Positions 19,480-29,486 of a stretch of DNA of 64,000 bases are shown here, piece after piece. The translations under genes and the position numbers were made by a program. Source of the DNA: Bacteroidota bacterium (GTDB taxonomy: Bacteria > Bacteroidota > Bacteroidia > AKYH767-A > 2013-40CM-41-45); assembly GCA_026391945.1 (NCBI GenBank), contig JAPLDA010000076.1, forward strand, positions 13,633-77,632, in the 5' to 3' direction. Under the pieces are notes generated by a model. It had not been told where the DNA came from. It made no database searches and worked only from the letters and a program-made list of their open reading frames with translations. Within the stretch, counting starts at the first letter, position 1. Every line of letters begins with the position of its first letter.

Positions 19480-20583
19480 ATGGAAGACGTAGCGACAGAA
19501 TTAAAAAACATTGCTTTAGCGGATGTTCATATCGGGCTTGGAGCCAAAATGGTTCCTTTCGCCGGTTACCTGATGCCTGTTTCTTATGAAGGCATCAATG
19601 CCGAACATGAAACGGTGAGAAAAGGCGTCGGGGTTTTTGATGTGTCGCACATGGGAGAATTTATCCTGAAAGGCCCGGAAGCATTGGACCTGGTGCAGCG
19701 TGTCACATCCAACGATGCTTCCAAACTGGTTGACGGAAAAGTTCAGTACACCTGTTTGCCGAACGAAACCGGCGGCATTGTGGATGATCTTTTGGTTTAC
19801 AGGATTGATGATCAGACCTACATGCTTGTGGTGAATGCATCCAATATGGAGAAGGACTGGAACTGGATACAAAAATTCAATACGAAGAACGTGGAGATGC
19901 ATAACATTTCCGATAAAACTTCTTTGCTCGCTGTCCAGGGACCAAAAGCCGCTGAAGTCTTGCAACCGCTGACTGACATGGATCTGAAGTCGATGGAATA
20001 TTACTCATTCAGAAAAGGAAAATTTGCGGGGTTCGACAATGTCCTGGTGTCAGCAACGGGTTATACAGGAGCAGGAGGTTTTGAAATTTATTTTGAAAAC
20101 AAGATGGCTCATGAAATCTGGAATGCCATTTTCGAAAAAGGAAAAGGAGCAGGCATCAAACCGGTAGGTTTGGGAGCGCGGGATACGTTACGTCTTGAGA
20201 TGGGTTTCTGCCTGTATGGAAACGACATCGATGAAACCACTTCTCCATTGGAAGCCGGTTTGGGATGGATCACTAAATTCACGAAAGACTTCACCAACAG
20301 CCATGCCTTGAAACTTCAGAAAGAACAAGGCGTGAAAAAGAAACTGGTCGGGTTTGAAATGATCGACCGTGGAATTCCCCGTCATCATTACGAAATTTTT
20401 AATGCTGGTGGAGAAAAAATCGGAACTGTAACGTCCGGAACGCAATCGCCTTCGCTTCAGAAAGCGATCGGGATGGGGTATGTTCCTGCTGATTATTCAA
20501 AGGAAGGAACAGAAATTTTCATCAGCATACGCGACAAAAACCTGAAAGCAAAAGTGGTGAAGGTTCCGTTTTATAAATCCTGA
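19480..20583 (+). CDS. gcvT: Glycine cleavage system T protein (aminomethyltransferase)
   Basis: 367 aa; [24 protein letters not shown]-terminal block typical of GcvT. Confidence 0.85.
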   Translation: MEDVATELKNIALADVHIGLGAKMVPFAGYLMPVSYEGINAEHETVRKGVGVFDVSHMGEFILKGPEALDLVQRVTSNDASKLVDGKVQYTCLPNETGGIVDDLLVYRIDDQTYMLVVNASNMEKDWNWIQKFNTKNVEMHNISDKTSLLAVQGPKAAEVLQPLTDMDLKSMEYYSFRKGKFAGFDNVLVSATGYTGAGGFEIYFENKMAHEIWNAIFEKGKGAGIKPVGLGARDTLRLEMGFCLYGNDIDETTSPLEAGLGWITKFTKDFTNSHALKLQKEQGVKKKLVGFEMIDRGIPRHHYEIFNAGGEKIGTVTSGTQSPSLQKAIGMGYVPADYSKEGTEIFISIRDKNLKAKVVKVPFYKS

Positions 20584-20632
20584 TTTTATTTTTTTTATCA
20601 ATAGAATAGTTGCAGATATTCCCGGAGTTGCC

Positions 20633-21391
20633 GTGGTAACAAATAGCATGAAGTCATCATCAGAAAAGAAAAAGGTTGAAGTGTGCAGTTCACCGCTGCT
20701 CTTCGACCTGTATGATTCATCGGACAGCATTGTCGTGGTGATTGATGTGCTGCGTGCCACTTCTTCCATCTGTGTCGCTTTTGAACACGGCGCAGAAAAA
20801 ATAATTCCGGTCGCCGGTGTGGAAGAAACGAGAGCTTACAAGGAAAAAGGATTTGTGATTGCCGCCGAACGCGACGGTGAAAAACTGGATGGTTTTGATC
20901 TCGGAAATTCACCGTTTGGTTTCATGGGCGACACGGTAAAAGGAAAATCAATTGCCATTTCCACCACCAACGGAACGCAGGCGATTCATGTTGCAGGAAA
21001 ATCAAAACAGGTAGTCATTGGTTCATTCCTGAACCTGGATGTTCTTTGTGAATGGCTCGTCCGGCAGGAAAGTAATGTATTGTGTTTATGTTCCGGGTGG
21101 AAAAACCGTTTCAACCTCGAAGATACGCTGCTTGCCGGAGCCATTGTTCAGCGGCTGAAAAATTCAGATGCGTATCATTCTCACTGTGATTCAGCCATTG
21201 CAGCAGAACATCTTTATCAATTGGCAAAAAAGGACCTGTTTGGTTTCCTTGAAAATTCCTCTCACCGGAGAAGGTTGAAAAAATTACACATCGAACGTGA
21301 TATTGAATATTGCCTTACACCGAACCAGGCGCCAGTTATCCCGGTTTTGCAAGGAGGTGTTTTAGTAAAATTAATTGAAGTCTTTTCCTGA
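20633..21391 (+). CDS. 2-phosphosulfolactate phosphatase (ComB) family protein
   Basis: 252 aa; VVIDVLRATSS...GNSP motifs of the ComB family. Confidence 0.7.
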   Translation: MVTNSMKSSSEKKKVEVCSSPLLFDLYDSSDSIVVVIDVLRATSSICVAFEHGAEKIIPVAGVEETRAYKEKGFVIAAERDGEKLDGFDLGNSPFGFMGDTVKGKSIAISTTNGTQAIHVAGKSKQVVIGSFLNLDVLCEWLVRQESNVLCLCSGWKNRFNLEDTLLAGAIVQRLKNSDAYHSHCDSAIAAEHLYQLAKKDLFGFLENSSHRRRLKKLHIERDIEYCLTPNQAPVIPVLQGGVLVKLIEVFS

Positions 21392-22373
21392 TACCATGAA
21401 AAAAAAATTTCTGAAATCTTTTTTAGCATGTTCCCTTTTATTTTTCTTCTCTCATTCAACGTATGGCTGGGGATTTTGGGGACACAAGAAAATTAACCAC
21501 ATGGCCTGTTTCACGTTGCCGCCAGGGATGGTCGGTTTTTATAAAAGCCACATCGATTTTATCACCGACCATGCCGTTGACCCTGACAACAGGAGGTATT
21601 CAAACAAAGCGGAACCACCGCGACATTACCTCGATGCCGATCATTACGGTGATCATCCGTTTGATTCACTGCCGAAATTCTGGAAGGATGCCGTTGCAAA
21701 ATATTCAGAAGATACCTTGAATGCATACGGAATCAATCCCTGGTACATTACTAAAATGATGTTCAGCCTCACCGAATCATTTAAGGATAAGGACGTGGAT
21801 AAAATTCTTTATTACTCCGCCAACATCGGTCATTACATTGCCGACGGACATGTTCCGCTTCATTGCACTGAAAATTACAACGGCCAGATGACGGGGCAGG
21901 TCGGCATTCATGCCTTCTGGGAATCGCGCATTCCTGAATTATCCGGTGATCATTATGATTTTCTCGTCGGGCGTTGCATGTACATTCCCAAAGTTCAGTT
22001 GTACACCTGGACTTTTATTGAAGCGAGTTTTGCTGCGCTTGATTCGGTGTTCCGTTTTGAAAAAGAATTAGGCCGGACATTTCCACCTGACAAAAAATTT
22101 TCCTTCGAACAGGTTGGGAACAAAACGCAGAAAGTATATTCGGCTGATTATGCGAAAGCATACGAAGACATGCTGAGCGGAATGGTGGAGCGGCGCCTCC
22201 GTGCATCCGTTTTTGACGTGGGTTCACTTTGGTACACGGCATGGGTGAATGCGGGCAGCCCTGACCTGGATTCGATTGGCAGGAACGATCTCTCGGATGA
22301 AATGAAAAAAAAGTTAGAGGAAGAAGAGAAAGCTTCTCATGCCGGTGAAGTAAAGGAAATTCATGGCCATTGA
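21375..22373 (+). CDS. Secreted S1/P1 nuclease family protein (zinc-dependent phospholipase C / P1 nuclease superfamily). Start probably at MKKKF, about 21396.
   Basis: Signal peptide then GWGFWGH at the mature N-terminus (the W1/H6 Zn ligands of P1 nuclease). HYLDADH and HYIADGHVPLHCTEN match the P1 blocks HFIDAED and HFIGDMTQPLHDE. Confidence 0.65.
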   Translation: MKSFPDTMKKKFLKSFLACSLLFFFSHSTYGWGFWGHKKINHMACFTLPPGMVGFYKSHIDFITDHAVDPDNRRYSNKAEPPRHYLDADHYGDHPFDSLPKFWKDAVAKYSEDTLNAYGINPWYITKMMFSLTESFKDKDVDKILYYSANIGHYIADGHVPLHCTENYNGQMTGQVGIHAFWESRIPELSGDHYDFLVGRCMYIPKVQLYTWTFIEASFAALDSVFRFEKELGRTFPPDKKFSFEQVGNKTQKVYSADYAKAYEDMLSGMVERRLRASVFDVGSLWYTAWVNAGSPDLDSIGRNDLSDEMKKKLEEEEKASHAGEVKEIHGH

Positions 22374-22457
22374 TTTTATGATTTTCCATGTTGAAATCTT
22401 ACCAGCGGGTGACATTCCTTCCATCGGAAAAAGGGTTCTTTTCACTAACTTTATCTC

Positions 22458-23153
22458 GTGAAAAAAATCTGGTCGGTCGCCATTCTCACCTTACTTTTTT
22501 TTTCCTGCAAAAAGGATCACGTCGAAAGTCCCGTTGCTTCCGGTTATTACGGGTATTTCCCTTTGGAACAGGATAGCTGGGTGGTTTATGATGTCGATTC
22601 GGTCGTGCATCTCACCGATGATGACCTCACCAACCGCCCCGATACCAGCATTGCTGTTTATCATTTTCAAATTAAAGAAATCATTGATTCAGGATTTATG
22701 GATGGAGAAGGAAACCAGGCCTTCAGGATTTCCAGGTACAAACGCATGAATGATACCTTGCCGTGGGATTTCCAGGTTGAATGGACTGCTAAACTCACCG
22801 CCACTTCAGCGCAACGTGTGGAAGACAATATTCGGTATGTGAAATTGTCTTTCCCGATGAACAAAAAAACTTCCTGGAACGGCAATGCCTATAACAATTA
22901 TGTGAGGGAAGATTATTCGTACGATGATATTCATGTTCCTTCCACAATTAACACCTTATATTTCGATTCAACAGTCACCGTTTTGCAATTGCTGGATGAT
23001 AACCTCATCCACAGGATTTACAAAGCGGAAAAATATGCGAACCACGTGGGACTGGTTTACAAACAAAAGGACAGCCTGAACATCAATTCCATCGGGCAGG
23101 TAACCAATGGAGTTGAATTTAAAGAATCCATCCTTTCATTCGGACATAACTGA
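22458..23153 (+). CDS. Hypothetical lipoprotein (231 aa)
   Basis: Lipobox LLFFSC. No recognisable domain. Lies immediately upstream of the S8 peptidase. Confidence 0.5.
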   Translation: MKKIWSVAILTLLFFSCKKDHVESPVASGYYGYFPLEQDSWVVYDVDSVVHLTDDDLTNRPDTSIAVYHFQIKEIIDSGFMDGEGNQAFRISRYKRMNDTLPWDFQVEWTAKLTATSAQRVEDNIRYVKLSFPMNKKTSWNGNAYNNYVREDYSYDDIHVPSTINTLYFDSTVTVLQLLDDNLIHRIYKAEKYANHVGLVYKQKDSLNINSIGQVTNGVEFKESILSFGHN

Positions 23154-23159
23154 AGCATC

Positions 23160-24800
23160 ATGAAAATCGCCAGGATAATTATTTTTTTTCTTCCTTTTTT
23201 TTCTTCGGCTCAAACGTCGAAGTATTTCATTCAGTTTACCGATAAGAATAACAGTCCTTACTCGGTTTCCAGTCCTTCCGCTTTTCTTTCTTCGCGTGCC
23301 ATTGCAAGACGCGCCAGCCATGGGATAGCCGTTCAGCCGAATGATTTGCCTGTCAACCAAAATTACATCGACAGCGTGGTTGCCAAAGGCGCTGTGATCC
23401 GGACGCGTTCCAAATGGTTTAATGGCGTGACGATTGAAGCGGATACCAATACACTTCATGCAGTGACGGCACTTCCGTTTGTTCAGCAGTCCACAAAAGT
23501 TTTTCGTGTTCGTTCATTTTCTGATGATCAGCACCCTGAAAGAAAATTTCAGTCATGGCCGATACGCGATGAAAATAATTCCATGAAAACTCAGTCGTAT
23601 AGTTATGGCCAGTCGTTCGACCAGATTCACATCATGCATGGTGACTACTTGCACGATTCAGGATTTCATGGTGAGAACATGGTGATTGCCATTCTCGACG
23701 CGGGTTTTTATCATGTTGATTCGCTTCCAGCTTTTGATAGTTTGAGAGTGAATGGCCAGATCCTCGGCACGTGGGATTTTGTTACCGGCGACAGCAGCGT
23801 GTACGAAGATTATGATCATGGCATGTCGGTTCTTTCCACGATCGGCGGAAATATTCCCGGGCAACTGGTAGGAACCGCTCCCAAAGCCGGTTTCTGGCTG
23901 CTTAGAACGGAAGATATTTTTTCTGAACATGTGATTGAAGAATACAACTGGGATGCAGGAGCGGAGTATGCCGACAGCGTGGGCGCCGATGTCATCACCA
24001 CTTCACTGGGCTACACGCAATTCAATAACCCGGCGGAGAATCATACGCGTGCCGATATGAACGGTCATACCACACCTTGTGCAAAGGCAGCCAACATCGC
24101 CTTCTCAAAAGGTATGATGGTGATGGCAAGCGCGGGAAACGACGGTGGAAATTTCTGGCAATACATCGGCACACCGGCTGACGGCGACAGCGTGATGGCG
24201 GTGGGTGCGGTGAACACGTTTGGAAACTATGCAACATTCAGCAGCACCGGTCCTTCGTCGGATGGTGATGTAAAACCCAATGTGGCGGCGGTGGGGCAGG
24301 GCACCACGATTTCCATTTACAACGGAGCCATCGGTAACGGCAACGGAACTTCTTTTTCGTGCCCGGTTTTAGCGGGAAGCGCCGCCTGCTTATGGCAGGC
24401 ATTCCCGAATAAAACCAACCGGGAAATTTTTGATGCCATTCAGCGAAGCGCTTCACAGGCCTTGAACCCGGATTCATTGCTTGGATATGGCATTCCCAAT
24501 TTCCTGTTAGCTGACCAGTTGCTTGGTGGTGTGGATGTGAACGTAAAGCATGATGAAATCATTTCTGTTTTTCCAAACCCCGCGCGAAACCGTGTTTATA
24601 TAAGCGGATATTCATCAGCAGGAAAAAAGGTCGCTGTTAATATTTTTGATTTGCCCGGCCGGCAGGTACCGATTCATTTTTCTTTTATTAATAATGGAAG
24701 TGATATCGAAGCGGACATCTCTTCACTTTCTTCCGGCATTTATTTTTTACAATTCCAGGATGAACTGAAAACAGTGGTGAAGAAGTTGGTGAAAGAGTAA
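23160..24800 (+). CDS. S8 family serine peptidase (subtilisin-like) with T9SS type A C-terminal sorting domain
   Basis: 546 aa; catalytic D (ILDAG), H (HGMSV) and S (GTSFSCP) boxes. The C-terminal ~80 aa (VFPNPARNRVYISG...IYFLQF) resemble the Por secretion tail. Confidence 0.8.
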   Translation: MKIARIIIFFLPFFSSAQTSKYFIQFTDKNNSPYSVSSPSAFLSSRAIARRASHGIAVQPNDLPVNQNYIDSVVAKGAVIRTRSKWFNGVTIEADTNTLHAVTALPFVQQSTKVFRVRSFSDDQHPERKFQSWPIRDENNSMKTQSYSYGQSFDQIHIMHGDYLHDSGFHGENMVIAILDAGFYHVDSLPAFDSLRVNGQILGTWDFVTGDSSVYEDYDHGMSVLSTIGGNIPGQLVGTAPKAGFWLLRTEDIFSEHVIEEYNWDAGAEYADSVGADVITTSLGYTQFNNPAENHTRADMNGHTTPCAKAANIAFSKGMMVMASAGNDGGNFWQYIGTPADGDSVMAVGAVNTFGNYATFSSTGPSSDGDVKPNVAAVGQGTTISIYNGAIGNGNGTSFSCPVLAGSAACLWQAFPNKTNREIFDAIQRSASQALNPDSLLGYGIPNFLLADQLLGGVDVNVKHDEIISVFPNPARNRVYISGYSSAGKKVAVNIFDLPGRQVPIHFSFINNGSDIEADISSLSSGIYFLQFQDELKTVVKKLVKE

Positions 24801-25039
24801 CGATTCACATTCCATCTTGATGTCGCAATTTGCGATATCAAGTTTCTCCATTCGGAAGGAGTAACTCTGAACATAAAATCTTTTGGGAAGCGATGCCTGT
24901 TTCTTTTAACCGGCTCATTTAATCTTGCCGTACTCACCTGGTAAATTTGAGCAAGGTCGGAGTCGAGCATCACTTTTTCACCACGGATAAAGAAAATCTG
25001 CTGAGCAATATTTTCTTCTTTTAAAATTATTTTTTTCAT
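24740..25039 (-). CDS. ORF6N (KilA-N-like) domain protein. It is short (99 aa) with a degenerate C-terminus, so probably a truncated remnant.
   Basis: ILKEENIAQQIFFIRGEKVMLDSDLAQIYQVSTARLNEPVKRNRHRFPKDFMFRVT is the ORF6N signature. The ORF overlaps the 3' end of the S8 peptidase gene by 61 nt. Confidence 0.55.
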   Translation of the reverse strand: MKKIILKEENIAQQIFFIRGEKVMLDSDLAQIYQVSTARLNEPVKRNRHRFPKDFMFRVTPSEWRNLISQIATSRWNVNRYSFTNFFTTVFSSSWNCKK

Positions 25040-25165
25040 GATAAGAAAAATTTAAATAGTGTTTCATATGACAAAACTGCAAATAATTTATTTCATTGAG
25101 AAATTCGATACGCATGCGGCGGAGCCTGATCAATCCGCAATCTAAAATTCGCAATCCGAAATGTA

Positions 25166-26110
25166 TCAATGAATTCCTTTTGCCGCAAGATAACGTTCGG
25201 CATCAATAGCAGCCATGCAACCTGTGCCGGCTGCCGTCACCGCCTGCCTGTACACATGATCGGCCACATCACCGGCGGCGAAAACTCCTTCCACGTTGGT
25301 GCGTGTGGAGCCGGGAACCGTTTTAATGTAGCCGACTTCATCCATATCAAGCCATCCGTTAAAAATTTTTGAATTCGGATCGTGGCCGATGGCAACAAAA
25401 AAACCGCCGACTTCCAGCGTGCGTTCTTCCTTCGTTTTGTTGTTGAATACCTTCACGCCATCCACGGTTTTGCCCCCGAGAATTTCTTTGGTCTCGGAAT
25501 TAAAGAGCACTTCGATGTTCGCAGTGTTCAGTACGCGGTGCTGCATCGCCTTACTGGCGCGCATTTCATCTCTCCTCACAATCATAAAAACCTTCTTGCA
25601 GAGTTTGGCAAGGTACGTCGCTTCTTCAGCGGCGGTATCTCCGGCACCGACAATGGCGACGACCTGGTTTTTGAAAAAGAATCCGTCGCAAACGGCGCAG
25701 GCGGAAACTCCGAAGCCGTTCAGTCGTTGTTCCGATTCCAGTCCGAGCCATTTGGCCGATGCTCCTGTAGCAATGATGACGGTATCCGCAAGAACCGTAT
25801 GTGTTTCATCAAAAATAACGGTGCGTGGTTGCGTGGAGAAGTCAACGGAAGTCGCATAGCCAAAACGGATGTCGGTACCGAACCGCTCAGCCTGTGCTTT
25901 GAAATCTTCCATCATCTGAGGCCCCATGGTTCCCTTCGGATAGCCCGGATAATTTTCAACTTCCGTGGTGATGGTAAGTTGTCCGCCGGGCTGCAAACCC
26001 TGGTATAAAACAGGTTTGAGATCGGCGCGTGCTGCATAAATGGCGGCTGTATATCCTGCTGGTCCTGATCCGATGATCAGGCATTTCACTTTTTCCGGTT
26101 CCTGTGACAT
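25166..26110 (-). CDS. trxB: Thioredoxin-disulfide reductase
   Basis: 314 aa; GSGPAGYTAAIYAAR FAD site, redox-active CAVCDG, NADPH site GAGDTA. Confidence 0.9.
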   Translation of the reverse strand: MSQEPEKVKCLIIGSGPAGYTAAIYAARADLKPVLYQGLQPGGQLTITTEVENYPGYPKGTMGPQMMEDFKAQAERFGTDIRFGYATSVDFSTQPRTVIFDETHTVLADTVIIATGASAKWLGLESEQRLNGFGVSACAVCDGFFFKNQVVAIVGAGDTAAEEATYLAKLCKKVFMIVRRDEMRASKAMQHRVLNTANIEVLFNSETKEILGGKTVDGVKVFNNKTKEERTLEVGGFFVAIGHDPNSKIFNGWLDMDEVGYIKTVPGSTRTNVEGVFAAGDVADHVYRQAVTAAGTGCMAAIDAERYLAAKGIH

Positions 26111-26251
26111 AAAAGTTGGTTACGAATGAGGTACAAAAGTACAAATCAATTTAGGAATAACATTCAAATGAAACCTTGAATAAAAAATTTATAGCGAAGA
26201 ATGAAAAGTGAAGATGAAGGGTGAGCGAAAGGAACAATGATTTTTTTGAAA

Positions 26252-28426
26252 TCAGATTATTAATTTTAAAGACAGGTTGATGACTCTTCCGTCAATCGGC
26301 GCCCAAAGTGGTTTGAAAGCAGGAGACGAGTAGGGAAGAATGACAATGTTCTCTTTTTTTGTTTGCCGGAAGTCGAACAGGTTTTCACAATTCAACGTGA
26401 AGGTTAATTTGGAAATTCTTTTTTGAATCATGAGTGCGCCAAGCCAGTATGCAGGCGATTTCCGGGAAGCATCGATGAATTGTTCGCCGATGTAGCTGCT
26501 CTCAAATCCGAATTTCCAGTTGTGTTCTGCTTCGTACACACAGGTAGCTGCAAATTTATCATGCGGAGCCAATGTGATTTCACTCACTGTATGGTTGTTA
26601 TGAAGTTGAGGCTGAGAATATACATATCCAATGTACATTTCAAATTCCATGTAATGCATCCGGATGTAACTTTCAGAACCTTTGGTATCAGTGTAACCAT
26701 CGGCATTCACCAGGAAATGACCGGGCTGAGAAAAAAGATATGTTGTGTCAGGATTTTCAATGATCGGTTGATCGATCCTTGTGTAAAAGAAAGATTGATT
26801 CAGCGTCACCGAAAAATCCCCGATGAAGGTTGTGTAATTCACATCCCCGTTTGCGCCGACTGAATTTTCCGATTTCAGGTAGTTGAAGTTGGTGGAGTTA
26901 AAGAGATCAAGGGTTTCAGCACTGCTGGAAGGTGTTTTATAACCATACCCGGCGCCCATACGGGAAGTAACGTGCTTGTTCCATTTGGAGACGAATGAAA
27001 TCCGCGGCAATAGAAAATAACCGTAATCACTGTGACGATCCATCCTGATGCCGGTTTCAAGAGTGAAACGTTCATTGAATTTCCAGTCGTCCTGAACAAA
27101 AACTCCGATCGTTGATTGATTATTTCCGGTATTGGAAAGCAGGTGATGCAAAGCGTTATCCAACGATGATGAAATAAAATTCACTCCGGTTACAATGCTG
27201 TGTTTGTCGGCTCTTGCAAGGTATGAGAGTTCTGTGTAGGTCAGCAAATTCACTCCCCTGGTTGACCACTCCCCGTATTTATTTCCTGTTGTGTGATCGA
27301 AAATACTTCCAGCTCCTTTGAAAATAAAAACACCGTTCTTTTTATTTTCTGATTGATAGTTGAAATCGATGGTGTGCCGGTAGGATTCGTTTCTTTCAAG
27401 GAAGGTATGAATCGAATCACCAACGGATCCGAATGCTTTCATATCGCCGCCTGTCTTTCGCTCATAAGTTCCGGAGTATCCTGCATGGAGTTTTTTCTTA
27501 TCAGAGAAATAAAAAAATAATTTAGGATGAAGGGAAATGCTTTTGTTTTCCGGTTGATCAGAAAATCCGTCTCCGTCCACATCTACTGCTTTCTGATACG
27601 TTCCTCCTGAATAAAAAGTAAACCCTGTTTTATTTTTCTTTCCGGATGCAAAAGCACCCAGGTTGGTTTGCTGAAGTGAAGTCTGGTTCAGGGAAAGCGT
27701 GAGTTGGTTGCTGTCGCCGGGTTCTTTTGAAATCAGGTTGATCAGTCCGGCTATAGCTCCACCGCCGAAAAGAGTGGAAGCGGAGCCTTTGATGATTTCA
27801 ATTTGTTTCAGATCCAATGGCGGAATATCCAGCACTCCGAATCCTCCTGAGAATCCTTCGTAAAGCGGAAGTCCGTCGCGCAGGATTTGTGTGTACTTCC
27901 CATCCAGACCCTGGATCCTGATATTCGTATTGCCGTTCACCGAAGAAGTTTGTTGCACCTGCAACCCGGCTACATCTCCCAACAGGCTGGAAATGTTAGC
28001 CGGCACAATGCTGCTTTCTTCTGTAACATCTTCCGGACCGATCACTTCCATTTTCACGGGCAGATCTTCGATGCGTGAATTTGTGCGGGTCGTGCTGACG
28101 ATGATTTCATTCAAAGAAAAATTATCCTCCGAAAGAAATATTTCTGAGCGTTTCACTGATGAGGATGGAAACACGAAACGGATGCTTGTTTTCTTATATC
28201 CCATCAATGAAAAACTGATGGTCACCGGTCCGTCCGGAATATTTTTCAGTTGAACGATGCCGCCTGCATCCGAACTGCTTCCGTTCTGACTTCCTTCCAG
28301 AACAACGGATACACCGGTCAGCGTTTCCTTCGTGAGGCTGTCTTTTACAATGGCTTCGAACGTGTTTTGACCCTTCGCAACAACAGAAAACAAAATAAAG
28401 AAAAGAAAAAATAAAGGATGTTTCAT
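26252..28426 (-). CDS. TonB-dependent receptor with N-terminal carboxypeptidase-regulatory-like domain
   Basis: 724 aa; signal peptide; plug and 22-strand barrel pattern; C-terminal aromatic-rich barrel strands. Confidence 0.8.
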   Translation of the reverse strand: MKHPLFFLFFILFSVVAKGQNTFEAIVKDSLTKETLTGVSVVLEGSQNGSSSDAGGIVQLKNIPDGPVTISFSLMGYKKTSIRFVFPSSSVKRSEIFLSEDNFSLNEIIVSTTRTNSRIEDLPVKMEVIGPEDVTEESSIVPANISSLLGDVAGLQVQQTSSVNGNTNIRIQGLDGKYTQILRDGLPLYEGFSGGFGVLDIPPLDLKQIEIIKGSASTLFGGGAIAGLINLISKEPGDSNQLTLSLNQTSLQQTNLGAFASGKKNKTGFTFYSGGTYQKAVDVDGDGFSDQPENKSISLHPKLFFYFSDKKKLHAGYSGTYERKTGGDMKAFGSVGDSIHTFLERNESYRHTIDFNYQSENKKNGVFIFKGAGSIFDHTTGNKYGEWSTRGVNLLTYTELSYLARADKHSIVTGVNFISSSLDNALHHLLSNTGNNQSTIGVFVQDDWKFNERFTLETGIRMDRHSDYGYFLLPRISFVSKWNKHVTSRMGAGYGYKTPSSSAETLDLFNSTNFNYLKSENSVGANGDVNYTTFIGDFSVTLNQSFFYTRIDQPIIENPDTTYLFSQPGHFLVNADGYTDTKGSESYIRMHYMEFEMYIGYVYSQPQLHNNHTVSEITLAPHDKFAATCVYEAEHNWKFGFESSYIGEQFIDASRKSPAYWLGALMIQKRISKLTFTLNCENLFDFRQTKKENIVILPYSSPAFKPLWAPIDGRVINLSLKLII

Positions 28427-28537
28427 AATTTTTCTAACCGGGAAATCGTAGCCTGTAAAAGTAGGATTATACCGTTACCCAATTAAAAATAATCTCAAAA
28501 TTTTCTATAAATTTTTTGGGTATGATATCCCGATTGG

Positions 28538-29485
28538 TCAGCGTGCGATCACGGTATCATACGTGGGATTGTATCCTCCCCAGATCCCAAGCCCGCCGTT
28601 GATGTTGCTGATCACAGGAGCCGGTGAACCGAATGGGTTTCCGTTGCTGTTTACCTGGGTTTCTTCGCTGCGCCAGAATTCGAAATGTGCACGGTCGATG
28701 CTGCAGAATTTTACGATGACGGTATCTCCGCGTTTGAAGAAAATCTTTTCATCGTTGTTGTCATCTGCTTTGTTTGAATTGGGCATTGATCCGCGGTTGT
28801 ATCCGAAGTCAAAACTTTTTCCATTGAAAAATTTATCATCAAACACGGAACCTCGTGGTGTGATGAATATCGAGTCTTTTATTTTTCCTGCATCTTCACC
28901 GTACTGGTAATGATTGATTCGCCTGGCGAACCAGCGATAATTATTTCCCAAAGAATCAGGATCAGTGAGGTGTGCCCAGATAAACCCAAGTGAATCACGG
29001 CTGCCATCCACCTTGAACCAGGTGCTGTCGAGTTTCACTTGTTGAGGAATCGTAGTCACTGCTGAGATTGAATTTCCGTTGACCAAAACATGCAGCGAAT
29101 AAATTCTGCCGGCTGTTCCGGTCAGGTGAGTCGAAAAATAAATACCGTAATTCAAAAATTCCTGGAGTGTATCCGTTGATGTTCCGTCACTCACGGTAAC
29201 AACGGCGCCGCTGATCCCGTTTTGTAAAAAGTTCAGCGTGCTGATGGTTCCGAAAAAAGGAAGGGTATAGGATAATCGCACAACGGGATATTGACCGGTT
29301 TCGATGTAACCTTCCACCACCACCTTGCTATCCGATTGCGGAATATCAACCGTTACATCTTTTTCACAGGAAGAAAAGATTGTTCCGGTGATGATGAAGG
29401 CTGTAACTACGATCAGAACTTTTTTCATGCGTATCAAATTCTCCGGAATCATTTTTTGAATTTTATTTTTCAATCGCATCGCCAT
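28538..29485 (-). CDS. DUF4249-like lipoprotein, the usual partner of carboxypeptidase-regulatory-like TonB-dependent receptors
   Basis: 315 aa; lipobox FSSC; 1-nt spacing to the upstream TonB-dependent receptor gene. Family assigned from recalled architecture, not from a search. Confidence 0.55.
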   Translation of the reverse strand: MAMRLKNKIQKMIPENLIRMKKVLIVVTAFIITGTIFSSCEKDVTVDIPQSDSKVVVEGYIETGQYPVVRLSYTLPFFGTISTLNFLQNGISGAVVTVSDGTSTDTLQEFLNYGIYFSTHLTGTAGRIYSLHVLVNGNSISAVTTIPQQVKLDSTWFKVDGSRDSLGFIWAHLTDPDSLGNNYRWFARRINHYQYGEDAGKIKDSIFITPRGSVFDDKFFNGKSFDFGYNRGSMPNSNKADDNNDEKIFFKRGDTVIVKFCSIDRAHFEFWRSEETQVNSNGNPFGSPAPVISNINGGLGIWGGYNPTYDTVIAR

Positions 29486-29486
29486 T

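Noticed and set aside
25382-26008. 208-aa and 156-aa plus-strand ORFs
   Set aside because: Antisense inside trxB, which has unmistakable FAD/NADPH and CxxC motifs.
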